A stretch of 64,000 nucleotides of DNA from assembly GCA_963514005.1 (NCBI GenBank), contig OY740809.1:22692001-22756000 (forward strand), given 5' to 3'. Numbering within the stretch: position 1 is the first letter of the stretch; every line of letters begins with the position of its first letter. The notes under the pieces are model-generated. The model was given only the letters and a program-made list of their open reading frames with translations. It searched no databases and was not told where the DNA came from. Shown one piece after another: positions 41,101-49,075 of this stretch. This stretch comes from Raja brachyura. Its lineage: Eukaryota. The position numbers were made by a program, and so were the translations under genes.

Positions 41101-44100
41101 TAAATCGCAAAAAGCAAGTCTGAGTTCCGAGCCTTAGCGAACCACACTGTTAACAGCCTTTCACCCAATTGCCTTTTCTTCCCAGCATTGAATCAATTTT
41201 AGATAACATTTTCAGCTCTTCTTTGGATCTTAAAAGCCTTATTTTTTAAACAAAAGTACGTTAGAAAACATATCAAAAGCTTTAATAAATTCCGCATAAA
41301 ATACTAAATGCGTGGCCGTTCAAACATCTTATTACAACTTCAAAAAATCCACAAATTTGACTATCCATGTTTAATCTGTGCCTTTTCTAAATAAGGTTCA
41401 GCCCGATCCCCGAGAAAAGATTCCAATAATTTCCCAACACCAATATGAAAATCATTAGCTTTCAATTAATTGGTTTATACCATCTTCTACAGGAACAACA
41501 GTACAACTTTGGAATTCCTCCAAATATTGATCAAGCAGTTCTCCATGCCCATGGGACACCTTACATAGAAGAACAAGTACAAAAGGAGGGAAGTTATTTT
41601 GAATGGTTTAAGAACACTGGATTGATCATGACTGGAAAACATTACCAGATACTGGTCATTGCAATTTAAGATGCATATAAAAGGTCTAAGAGAATCTGCA
41701 GAAACTATTTATTATGTTTCTTGGTTGCAATGAAAAACTAGAGTTCTCCTTTAAGCAAAGAACTTTGAGAAACATAGAAAATAGGTGCAGGGGTAGGCCA
41801 TTCGGCCCTTCGAGCCTGCACCGCCATTCAATATGATCATGGCTGATCAGCCAAGTGATTTGATTGTAATGGGTTTATGGTATATGTTAAACAGAATGAA
41901 GCATGTCCTATTTTTGAATGGTTCTGGAATCAGGAGTCACAGATTCAAAAAGATTACCAAACAATATGGCAATGTTGGATGCACAAGGAAAAAAATAAGT
42001 GATGATGATCTGGAACTCTATACCTGCAAGGGTGACAGGCAAAGTCAATCATGACTTTAAATGGGAACCAGATATCCACTTGATGGAAAGTAATTTGCAA
42101 GGATATAGGAGCGAAAAAATGGGACTGGCTGGATTAGCTTACGTAGAGTCAATATGAGCATGATGAACCAAAGCCATCTCCTGCACAGTAGAACGCCAGT
42201 CTGAATTTCATTTGGATCATATCAATTTTAGATAGGTTGATTACATTATTTGCATCATTATATCAAGGAATACAACAAATGGACACAAACCTCCATTAAA
42301 GTGTCCTTTGTTAGAATGCATTCCATAACTTCCACCACTGTCCGTATCATTGCCATTTGTTGATTCTTCACCACCAGGGTTTAGCTGGAAAGGAAGATAA
42401 ACACAGGATGACGATTTTAAACACGAGAAACGGCTGCTATTTTGATTACACATTATTGAATTGACAATAGACAATAGTTGCAGGAGTGGACCATTCGGCC
42501 CTCCGAGCCAGCACCGCCATTCACTGTAACCATGGCTGATCATACACAATCAGTGCCTGTTCCTGCCTTCTCGCCATATTCCCTGACTCCGCTATCTTTA
42601 AGAGCTCTAACTAACTCTCTCTTGAAAGCATCCAGAGAATTGGCCTCCACTGCCTTCTGAGGCAGAGAATTCCAGATTAACAATTCTCTGGGTGAAAAAG
42701 TTTTTCCTCATCTCCGCTCTAAATGGCCTACCCCTTATTCTTAAACTGTGCCCCTGGTTCTGGATTCCCTAACATCGAGAACATGTTTCCTGCCTCTAGT
42801 GTGTTCAATCCCTTAATAATCTTGTATGTTTCAATAATCCTGAGTATACAAGCCCAGCCGCTCCATTGAATCAACACACGACAGTCCCGCCATCCCGGGA
42901 ATTAACTTTTTGAACCACCCTCAATAGCAAGAATGTCCTTCCTTAAATTTGGAGACCAAAACTGCACACAATACTCAGGTGCAGTCTCACTAGGGCCCTG
43001 TCCAACTGTAGAAGGACCTCTTTGCTCCTATACTCAACTCCTCTTGTTATGAAGGTCAACATGCCATTAGCTTTCTTCACTGCCTGCTGCACCTGCATGC
43101 TTACTTTCAGTATGATGGTGAAATGGCTCAAAATGAAGGTTGTGGATACACAACACACAATTCTTCATTTATATTTTGGGCACTTTATATAGGCAAATAT
43201 AAATAATCAATTTTACTATTGTAATTTCATGTTTCTGTAACAAAAATGTAATGGATGGAAGCGCGCACTAGTATGAGACTTTAATATGCAATATTTTTGT
43301 AACAGTACTGCACTTGAAGTTGCACACGTAGCAACAAAGTATTTATGTAATCGTTCATGGCTCATGGACATTGCTGGCAGTAGTAGCAGCAATGTTTTTT
43401 TGTACTCCTTGCCTAATTTCCCCCAGAACAGTCTGGATTTCCAGCCTTCTCATAGAGTACATAAGAAGCAACTGCATCGTTTCGCGAGTGTGTCGTCCAT
43501 GCTACTCAGATTTAAATATTTCCTTGCTTTAAGGACATGTGACACTATTATTTGTACTGACATATTACTGTCACTGGTACCAAGATACTGTGAAAACCTA
43601 GGTTTGCAAGCGATCCAGTCAATTCATACTGAACGCGACAGTAATCACGTAATACACAAGAACAATAGGTTGTACAAAGTGAAAAGTACCAGAGTGCAAT
43701 ATAGTGTTACAGCACCACAGCATTACATTTGCAGAGGAAAAGTCCAAGGTCTGCATTGAGGTAAGTTGGAAAATGAGGCAATACCCTAGCCAATGGGAGG
43801 ACTGTTCAATAGTCTGGTAATGGCAGGAAAGAAGCTGTTCTTGAACACGGTGATATACTATTATGAGTCCCATTACTGATACTAGACATTTTTATTCCAA
43901 ATTTAACATCAGTACGAGTAGCAGGCTTTGGGATACTAATCCAGTAATTTAATCACTCTGTAATGTATATGGTTAAACTGCAACAGTTACGGTATTTCAA
44001 CTGGAAATACTGAGAGATTTGTTACAATAGACAATAGGTGGAGTAGGCCATTCGGCCCTTCGAGCTAGCACCACCATTCAATGTGATCATGGCTGATCAT

Positions 44101-46158
44101 CCCCAATCACTACCCCGTTCCTGCCTTCTCCCCATATTCCCTGACTCCGCAATCTTTAAGAGTCCTATCTAGTTCACACTTGAAAGTATCCAGAGAACCA
44201 GCCTCCACCGCCCTCCGAGGCAGAGAATTCCAGACTCACAACTCTCTGTGAGAAAGAGTGTTTCCTCGTCTCCGTTCTAAATGGCTTACCCCTTTTATTC
44301 TATTTAACTATAGCCCCTGGTTCTGGACTCCCCCAACATCGGGAACATGTTTCCTGCTTCTAGCGTGTCCAAACCCATAACAATCTTATATGTTTCGATA
44401 AAATCCCCTCTCATCCTTCTAAACTCCAGAGTGTACAAGCCCAGCCGCTGCATTCTCTCAGCATATGACAGTCCCGCCATACCAGGAATTAACCTTGTAA
44501 ACCTACGCTGCACTCCCTCAAAAGTAAGAATGTCCTTCCTCAAATTAGGGGACCAAACTGCACACAATACTCCAGGTGTGGTCTCACTAGGGCTCTGTAC
44601 AACTGCAGAAGGACCTCTTTGTTCCTATACTCGACTCCTCTTGTTATAAAGGCCAACATGCCATTTGCTTTCTTCACTGCCTGCTGTACCTGCATGCTTA
44701 CTTTTCATAAACTGATGAACAAGGTCCCCCAGATCCCGTTGTACTTCCCCTTTTCCCAACTTGACGCCATTTAGATAGTAATCTGCCTTCCTGTTTTTGA
44801 TACCAAAGTGGATAACCTCACATTTATCCACATTAAACGTCATCAGCCATGCATCTACCCACTCCCCCAACCTGTCCAAGTCACCCTGCATTCTCATAAC
44901 ATCCTCTTCACGGTTCAGAAAACAACTGAACCCATCACTCCCACACCCAATTTCCACTTCCAAACAGAGGTAAAAGCCCAACAATAAAATAAAATACATC
45001 AGACATTTTAAAAAATGTAAATGCGAAAAATTGAAATAAAAACAGAATGTGCCAGAATCATTTAGCACCTCAGGCCACCAACAGAAAGAGCAAAGTTAAC
45101 ATTTTGGTTCGAAAACACTGAACCTGGCCACACTATTAGGCATGATACAAATATGATTCTCGGATATTATAAAAGTGTATTTTTAGAATGAGATGCAAAC
45201 GGAATCTATTGTTTTGATTGTAGGATCTTTTGACTCTTCAGTAATAATCAACGCGATACCGAGCAATACACCGAAGTTTGACAACGATTAAACTCTACTC
45301 CTTTACTTGGAAAAACATAAAGAGTTTAAATATTACTCTTTCCCAAATCCCCACCTTCCTGAGTCTCGTGGTTCAGACGTAAATATTGCGACCCAACAAT
45401 GTCGTTCAAACTAGTTCGAATCCTCGTGGAATTTAATCCCACTCAGCCACAAGAAAGCAGCAATAGTCTGTAAATGGCAACTATAACAGCTGTACTCAGT
45501 ATGAATACCTTACGTGAATTGGAATAGTCATTTATAGCCATTGAATACCTCACGGACCGCGTTTTATCTCGAGCCGTTGCATGGAAATATATTTTACATG
45601 TTTTTATTTTACAGTTAAATGATCCCAAGATTGCTCTACAATAAACGTCAACTTATGTGGCGATGACCCGAGAAGTTAAAATACAAGATACAAAATGTGT
45701 GAATGTTCACTCTGTTGAACCACACAAGGAGTTACCCGCCAACCTTGTCACGGCTAACCTAACTACCAATCAAGCTGCCGCCAAAACGAAAAAAGACTAG
45801 GAACAAAGATTAATGCTGCATCCATCTGAACTAGAGCAAAGATTAATGCTGCATCCATCTGAACCAGGCACTGGGTATAAAATAGGAACAGGCACAGTTA
45901 AATTGCAGCCGAAGTCACATTTAAATACAGGGAAAGGGACAGCCCGCGGCGAATGACAGGTCTGCAAAATGCCAGCAGCCACTTCGCGGTTCCCTTAGTT
46001 CTTGGTGCACCGGCGGCAGGTTTCAGCCCCTTTGTGGGAGATCAGTAGCTGCGGCCACAACGTTTGCCCCATCGCGGGATTCCCAGAGCGGCCCGCTGCC
46101 GCCGCCCGGCTCCATTTTGCTGGCTCCTTACCTCGCCGCGCGGCTCCTCCACAGACAT
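8021..46158 (-). CDS. CLSPN: Claspin (Chk1 adaptor / replication-fork protection), complete gene; 26 coding exons, 4062 nt, about 1353 aa
   Basis: Exons join in frame with consistent splice phases. Recognisable Claspin segments: [65 protein letters not shown](E/K)F Chk1-binding repeats, [33 protein letters not shown]-terminus [10 protein letters not shown]. Confidence 0.96.
9649..9813 (-). CDS. CLSPN: CLSPN exon 25 ([24 protein letters not shown]...[10 protein letters not shown]...KPQ)
   Basis: Conserved motif; catag acceptor, CAG|gtaag donor. Confidence 0.93.
10718..10794 (-). CDS. CLSPN: CLSPN exon 24 ([26 protein letters not shown])
   Basis: tgcag acceptor, TGG|gtatgt donor; phase 1 to 0 bridges exons 23 and 25; weak sequence conservation. 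Confidence 0.68.
11114..11204 (-). CDS. CLSPN: CLSPN exon 23 ([30 protein letters not shown])
   Basis: Conserved GE.SQFM.LAKK; ttcag acceptor, A|gtaggt donor. Confidence 0.88.
12213..12337 (-). CDS. CLSPN: CLSPN exon 22 (DDFSPIDQ...[18 protein letters not shown])
   Basis: Conserved WRK.R.EREQWLR; ttcag acceptor, AAG|gtgct donor. Confidence 0.92.
12817..12938 (-). CDS. CLSPN: CLSPN exon 21 ([40 protein letters not shown])
   Basis: Highly conserved Claspin C-terminal motif; tgcag acceptor, G|gtgag donor. Confidence 0.95.
13120..13600 (+). mobile_element. Rex1/L2-like LINE 3' fragment
   Basis: Decayed 'aggaggtacagaagcctgaag...caccatcaggttcgggaacag' ORF end plus 3'UTR. Confidence 0.5.
14200..14960 (-). 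mobile_element. Old CR1 3' fragment, split by a Penelope repeat
   Basis: CR1 3' end on minus; interrupted at about 14640-14880. Confidence 0.55.
14640..14880 (+). mobile_element. Penelope-type 3'UTR/pLTR with hammerhead core at 14786-14819
   Basis: agtCTGAAGAaggatctcgacccGAAAtgtcacc; upstream sequence matches the 3'UTR following the GIY-YIG ORF end at 20.2-20.5 kb. Confidence 0.7.
14970..15390 (+). mobile_element. CR1 LINE 3' fragment
   Basis: [25 protein letters not shown]-encoding sequence and CR1 3'UTR. Confidence 0.85.
15885..16046 (-). CDS. CLSPN: CLSPN exon 20 ([14 protein letters not shown]...[16 protein letters not shown])
   Basis: Conserved acidic patch; acag acceptor, AT|gtgag donor. 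Confidence 0.93.
16330..16481 (-). CDS. CLSPN: CLSPN exon 19, acidic hexapeptide repeats
   Basis: ttag acceptor, TT|gttagt donor; [50 protein letters not shown]. Confidence 0.85.
16646..16712 (-). CDS. CLSPN: CLSPN exon 18 ([22 protein letters not shown])
   Basis: ccag acceptor, GAG|gtgag donor; phase 2 to 0. Confidence 0.85.
16880..16997 (-). CDS. CLSPN: CLSPN exon 17 (VDSMSS...[19 protein letters not shown])
   Basis: tgcag acceptor, AG|gtaat donor; degenerate third Chk1-binding repeat. Confidence 0.88.
17540..17725. repeat. Head-to-head inverted pair of Penelope-type terminal repeats (hairpin)
   Basis: gacacaaaatgctggaggaactcag... vs ...ctgagttcctccagcattttgtgtc are reverse complements. 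Confidence 0.75.
17841..18064 (-). CDS. CLSPN: CLSPN exon 16, Chk1-binding repeats 1 and 2
   Basis: [21 protein letters not shown] ... [10 protein letters not shown]; tag acceptor, G|gtatg donor. Confidence 0.95.
18143..18362 (+). mobile_element. CR1 LINE 3' fragment
   Basis: cagagttgtgaatttgtggaattccctgccacagagggc...gggatatggggagaag. Confidence 0.8.
18612..18763 (-). CDS. CLSPN: CLSPN exon 15 ([19 protein letters not shown]...[16 protein letters not shown])
   Basis: Highly conserved Claspin motif; cag acceptor, GG|gtaag donor. Confidence 0.94.
18870..19902 (-). mobile_element. CR1 LINE fragment (RT plus 3' end), frameshifted
   Basis: ORF 19482..19892 has [10 protein letters not shown] and FADD; ORF 18956..19201 has [11 protein letters not shown]. 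Confidence 0.9.
20122..20530 (-). mobile_element. Penelope-like element 3' end: GIY-YIG C-terminus, 3'UTR and hammerhead core (20182-20215)
   Basis: Minus strand encodes [39 protein letters not shown], followed about 185 nt later by CTGAAGAagggtctcgacccGAAAcatcacc. Confidence 0.75.
20654..20871 (-). CDS. CLSPN: CLSPN exon 14 (DEDDS...[18 protein letters not shown]...GGFRSPSP...SSASK)
   Basis: Translated by hand; strong Claspin motifs; ttcag acceptor, AAG|gtaag donor. Confidence 0.93.
21581..21651 (-). CDS. CLSPN: CLSPN exon 13 ([24 protein letters not shown])
   Basis: ttcag acceptor, G|gtaaag donor; phase 2 to 1 bridges both neighbours. Confidence 0.75.
22283..22376 (-). CDS. CLSPN: CLSPN exon 12 ([31 protein letters not shown])
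   Basis: ttctag acceptor, AG|gtaat donor; DSSSK resembles the end of mammalian exon 11. Confidence 0.75.
22831..23318. mobile_element. Non-autonomous hAT (Charlie-like) MITE
   Basis: TIRs CAGGGGTCAGCAACCT / AGGTTGCCGACCCCTG; perfect 8-bp TSD ATTTAGAT (22823-22830, 23319-23326). Confidence 0.88.
23640..23906 (-). mobile_element. HE1/V-SINE-like SINE
   Basis: B-box ggttcgatccc on minus; same family as the 5.0-5.3 kb copy. Confidence 0.78.
24110..24185 (-). CDS. CLSPN: CLSPN exon 11 ([25 protein letters not shown])
   Basis: tttag acceptor; T.EFLL resembles the start of mammalian exon 11; phase-1 donor A|gtaggt chosen to match the next exon. Confidence 0.75.
25303..25472 (-). CDS. CLSPN: CLSPN exon 10 ([19 protein letters not shown]...acidic tract)
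   Basis: tgcag acceptor, GAG|gtaaat donor. Confidence 0.92.
26244..26435 (-). CDS. CLSPN: CLSPN exon 9 ([12 protein letters not shown]...EELKTDSV...TKPG)
   Basis: ttcag acceptor; the phase-1 donor is CCAG|gcaagt (GC-AG intron). Confidence 0.9.
27325..27956 (-). CDS. CLSPN: CLSPN exon 8 (SSKYQP...[36 protein letters not shown])
   Basis: Overlaps ORF 27251..27895; ttcag acceptor, G|gttat donor; 632 nt, phase 2 to 1. Confidence 0.9.
28570..28678 (-). CDS. CLSPN: CLSPN exon 7 ([37 protein letters not shown])
   Basis: ttcag acceptor, AA|gtaag donor; includes the PIP-like TIHDFF motif and basic patch. Confidence 0.93.
29325..29605 (-). mobile_element. HE1/V-SINE-like SINE
   Basis: tttagtttagtttagagatacag tail and gacccgggttcaatcct B-box on minus. 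Confidence 0.78.
30032..30220 (+). repeat. About 73-bp degenerate tandem repeat (3 units)
   Basis: gggatcg(g/a)cttc(a/g)g(g/a)ag(c/t)tccaac at about 30033, 30106 and 30179. Confidence 0.7.
30284..31321. mobile_element. Non-autonomous DNA transposon, superfamily unresolved
   Basis: TIRs GTAGCAATGTTACAAAATTT / AAGTTTTGTAACATACCTAC; flanking direct repeat ATTGT (30279-30283, 31322-31326). Confidence 0.75.
31623..32012 (+). mobile_element. HE1/V-SINE-like SINE interrupted by an inverted Penelope-type repeat (about 31785-31905)
   Basis: A-box tggcataatgg, B-box ggttcgatcc, V-domain, aaactaaact tail. Confidence 0.75.
32200..32281 (-). CDS. CLSPN: CLSPN exon 6 ([27 protein letters not shown])
   Basis: Conserved ERKAA..SKEA..Q.HSETQRL.R; G|gtgag donor; acceptor (aag) less certain. 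Confidence 0.88.
33715..34170 (+). mobile_element. Old CR1 3' fragment
   Basis: ggtgaggccacatttggag...aaactagagg...agatttaag CR1 signature. Confidence 0.65.
34276..34350 (-). CDS. CLSPN: CLSPN exon 5 ([25 protein letters not shown])
   Basis: tatag acceptor, AAG|gtgat donor; 75 nt, phase 0-0, open frame; poorly conserved region. Confidence 0.72.
34900..36100 (-). mobile_element. Decayed Tc1/mariner transposon
   Basis: [31 protein letters not shown] (QQDNAPCH-like) and [11 protein letters not shown] (SPDLNPIENL-like) across broken frames. Confidence 0.75.
37036..37203 (-). CDS. CLSPN: CLSPN exon 4 ([16 protein letters not shown]...KAKHPK)
   Basis: tttag acceptor, AAA|gtaagt donor; conserved DSGCLL/DLFET/IRAAVK. 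Confidence 0.92.
37348..37829 (-). CDS. CLSPN: CLSPN exon 3 ([11 protein letters not shown]...KKQKKQ)
   Basis: Within ORF 37339..37887; ttccag acceptor, CAG|gtgtgt donor. Confidence 0.9.
37858..37888 (+). ncRNA. Minimal hammerhead motif in a Penelope-type repeat (37858-37975), next to the CLSPN exon 3 acceptor
   Basis: CUGAAGA-A-GGGU(UUUG)ACCC-GAAAC-AUC^ACC. Confidence 0.45.
38335..38610 (-). mobile_element. Probable RTE-related short non-autonomous element
   Basis: GC-rich block with a (GAT)n tail on minus and an agtcggcgactaaacc motif; family assignment from memory only. Confidence 0.35.
38862..39900 (+). mobile_element. Penelope-like element RT fragment (frameshifted), fused to a short CR1 piece at about 38770-38860
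   Basis: [36 protein letters not shown]..., YIDG (YIDD), [29 protein letters not shown]: PLE RT/thumb motifs. Confidence 0.82.
39900..40940 (-). mobile_element. Internally deleted Gypsy LTR retrotransposon (gag, protease, RT-RNaseH linker)
   Basis: Gag [11 protein letters not shown]...[20 protein letters not shown]; CYYHQRLG Cys/His box; protease [13 protein letters not shown]; AFDGAMKAL...LTVDASD. Confidence 0.82.
41767..41851 (-). mobile_element. CR1 3'UTR stub
   Basis: Reverse complement of the 59.86-59.94 kb CR1 tail. Confidence 0.75.
42291..42384 (-). CDS. CLSPN: CLSPN exon 2 ([31 protein letters not shown])
   Basis: ttccag acceptor, G|gtttgt donor, phase 0 to 1; contains the DSG.SY degron region. 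Confidence 0.85.
42463..43111 (-). mobile_element. CR1 LINE 3' fragment
   Basis: [32 protein letters not shown] and CR1 3'UTR with (ctattgt) tail. Confidence 0.88.
44024..44911 (-). mobile_element. CR1 LINE 3' fragment
   Basis: [37 protein letters not shown]; same subfamily as the 42.5-43.1 kb copy. Confidence 0.9.
45797..45864. repeat. 33-bp tandem duplication
   Basis: caaagattaatgctgcatccatctgaac repeated at 45804 and 45837. Confidence 0.85.
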
Positions 46159-46600
46159 TCCGGGAAAATGCGGTTAAAAAACTTGTTCGAGTAAAATGTT
46201 TTAAAAAGCACCGATTGCCGACGGCCTGGTAATACTCGAGTCATTCAATGTGAAAGTAAAAGAGCGCCGTCGCTCCCCATCTCGGTTTTGAATAGCGGGA
46301 AAAGCGACACCAACACAACCGATGATTCAAAACAGCTTCCCGCTCAGCCGGGATGCGCAGGCGCCTCGGTCGATTCCACCCGCCCCTCCGCTCTGTGATT
46401 GGCTTTGACCAGCGAGGCCCTGCCTCCCGTCCTGCCATATATAGCCAGCGAGTGCAGAGTCCCGCCCCCTCCGCGCGGTGATTGGCTTTCACCGACTAGT
46501 CCCCGCCTCCTTTCGTACCATATATGGCAGGAGAGGGGAGGGAGTGGCCGCCGCCAACCCGGTCACGTGGCACCAACAGAAGCTCCGCCCTTTTCCAGGG
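45900..46600 (-). promoter_or_regulatory. CLSPN CpG-island promoter with cell-cycle-type motifs
   Basis: CpG-rich island in an AT-rich background. E2F-type GCGGGAAA 46295-46302; CHR-type TTTGAA 46287-46292 and TTCAAA 46326-46331; NRF1-like TGCGCAGGCGC at about 46354; ATTGG (CCAAT) 46398 and 46481; GC boxes; CArG CCATATATGG at about 46518; E-box CACGTG at about 46564. Confidence 0.8.
46132..46158 (-). CDS. CLSPN: CLSPN exon 1 (MSVEEPRGE)
   Basis: ATG in a CpG island, then GAG|gtaagg donor, phase 0; matches the very short first coding exon of vertebrate CLSPN. Confidence 0.82.
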
Positions 46601-46737
46601 TTATCTCCTTGTCAGCAAAGATGCTTGTCATATCTTGAGCGCTCTTTGACCATAATTTGGGTCATCGAGTCATACAGAGTGGAAACACCCTTCGGCACAA
46701 CTTGCCCACATATCCTATCTACACTAGTCTCACCTGA

Positions 46738-48165
46738 CATCAGTCAGAGTAATGAGCATAGAAGTTGGGAGGTCATGTTGCATTTGTATAAGACGTTGGT
46801 GAGACCGCATTTAGAGTATTGTGTTCAGTTCTGGGCACCATGTTATAGGGGGTGTGCACGTAAGGTCACTGGGTCATAGGGCTTGACGCACGGAGCAGCT
46901 CAATCCATCTGGAGAACATCCGTAACTTCCGGTATATGTTATTAATGCAAGAAACGCGAACTTTCCTACCTGTTAAAAACCACCAAAATGTTGAATTTTT
47001 GTGCTGTAAAACATTGGAAGTTGGGGAGAGACGTACCCAACTAAGCGTGAGAAACGTACCCAACTTCAGAATTCCAAAAGTGAAGCGAAAGGAAGTTAAA
47101 GAGTGCTTGGCGAACATTGGCCGTGCAGATATTGGAATTGAAAATATTGGGAATTATCGCATTTCCTCACTGCATTTCATCAACAGTAAGGCATTATTTG
47201 TGGTTTTTATTGATTCCTTTGGTATCTAAAAAGTCTCAGAAGTGATAAATCTGGCTGTAAAGTTTGCTTCAGAGACATTTTCTTTTTGTATGTAAAAACC
47301 CACTTGAGAACCATGGGCGATTTTAAAATTTTACACCCAGATTTATCACTTCTGAAACTTTTTAGATGCCAAAGGAATCAAGAAAAAACACAATTAATGC
47401 CTTAGTTGATGAAATGCAGTGAGCAAACGGCCAATGTTCGCCAAGCACTCTGGCTGTTGTTGTCCCTTCAGCTCTCGCTTCTATCTACCGTCATTTCTCC
47501 TCACTTTTGGAATTCTGAGGTAGGCTAAATGTCTCACGCTTATCCCGATTTCCAAAATTATTTACAGCGCAATAATTGACAATTTTGGCGGGTTTTAACG
47601 GGCCCGCTACGCTGGAAACAATGGTAAGTGCTTACCTGCAGTTCATCGCGTGTACTCCACTTGGCATGGCGTAGCAACAGTACGGGTCATGGGCCATGAC
47701 CCAACTCGCGTGAAACCTCCCTATAGGAGAGATGTTAAGCTGGAAAGGGTACAGAGAAGCTTTACGAGGATGTTTTCAGGACTAGATAGTCTAACCTTTA
47801 GGGAGAGGTTGAGTCGGATGGGACTCTATTTCTTGGAGCACAGGAGGTGGAGGTGATTTTATAGAGGTGTAAAAAATGAGAGGAATCGACCGGGTAGATG
47901 CATAGAGTCTGTTGCCCCGAGTAGGTGAATCGAGGACCAGAGGACATAGATTTAAGGAGAAGGGGAAAATATTTAATCGGAATTTGAGGGGTAATATTTT
48001 CACACAAAGGGTGGTGGGTGTATGGAACAAGCTGCCAGAGGAGGTAGTTGAGACAGGGACTATCCCAACATTTGGAAATTATAGGCAAGTACATGCATAG
48101 GACAGGTTGGGAGGAATGTGGGCCAAATACAGGTAAGTGGGACCAGTGTAGCTGGGACAACTAGC
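46738..48165 (+). mobile_element. CR1 3' fragment split by a foldback DNA element
   Basis: [16 protein letters not shown] stops at 46847 and resumes YRRDVKLERVQRSFTRM at 47722. Confidence 0.85.
46848..47721. mobile_element. 874-bp foldback/MITE-type DNA transposon
   Basis: GGG...CCC termini flanked by TATA (46844-46847, 47722-47725); long internal inverted arms around about 47300. Confidence 0.8.
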
Positions 48166-48499
48166 TGTCAAACTCTCGCTTCTGTGGTTTGAAGTTCCTA
48201 CCTGTTCAAAAGGACATGTATCAGAATAGCAAAATAAAATGTAGAGTTTGTAAAACATTGGGCAGTGTTATCAAGGTTGCCAATTAACTAGATTGTGATA
48301 AATTGGCCCCTGCAGAGAATCTTAGCATGGGGGCTGAAGAGGGCTTGGAGCTCGGGGCTGCACACAAGGCTGACATTATGAGATGGAGAAAAAACTGGTA
48401 TTTAGAGGGAGAGGGGTGATTGTGAATTGCGGGTAGGGTAAGAAATGTGCTATAATCACCACCTCAGTTCTACCTCTGATTTGCTGAAGCTGGGGAATG

Positions 48500-49075
48500 T
48501 ATGTTGAGGTGGTGGTGGGGGGTGGGGATGGTGACAGAAGGAGAAGGGTTTGATCATTCATCATTCAGATGCCTCCTCGTGAGCCTCCTCGTAGCCGAGG
48601 CCAGAGCTTCCGTGGGTCGGCATGGCCGGAGCCCCCGCAGATTTGAGCCGGGGGAGCACATGGCTGACGGAGCAGGGTGGCCGGAGCCCGTAACCAAGAT
48701 CGGTGCCCACGAGTCGACAAAGCCTTGCGGCTGAGGTCTGGGTCGGCGCCACAGAGGCATCCGGGGAGGACTCAACAGCGATAGGGGCGTGGTCTGCTGA
48801 CCGGCGGACCATGTGGAGTGAGGACGCCCCTGCCTCGGGACAGAACAAAGGAGGACCCAGCTTGGGGGGACTGCCGTGAGGTAGGAGGGGAACAATGGAC
48901 AACCCAGTGTGGGAGGACTGACTCGAAGGCGGAGGGGAGGGGGAGAACAAAGGTGGACCTATGTATACTTTGTAACTTTGTCAGCCCCTTTATGTGGTGA
49001 CTATTTGCATATCTTGGGTATGCAAGCAAAGAATTTCACTCGCTTGTTGCATGGCAATAAAGTATTCATTCAATC
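48500..49075 (+). mobile_element. GC-rich non-autonomous retroposon with L2-type tail
   Basis: Ends gcaataaagtattcattcaa; CpG-rich body; no coding homology recognised. Confidence 0.5.

Noticed and set aside
46002-46879. ORFs on both strands across the CpG island
   Set aside because: Stop-poor GC-rich promoter sequence; the tail of 46478..46879 is CR1-derived.
48501-49029. Cluster of overlapping 60-129 aa ORFs and CpG-island appearance
   Set aside because: Lies within a GC-rich retroposon ending in an L2-type tail; no recognisable protein or splice structure.
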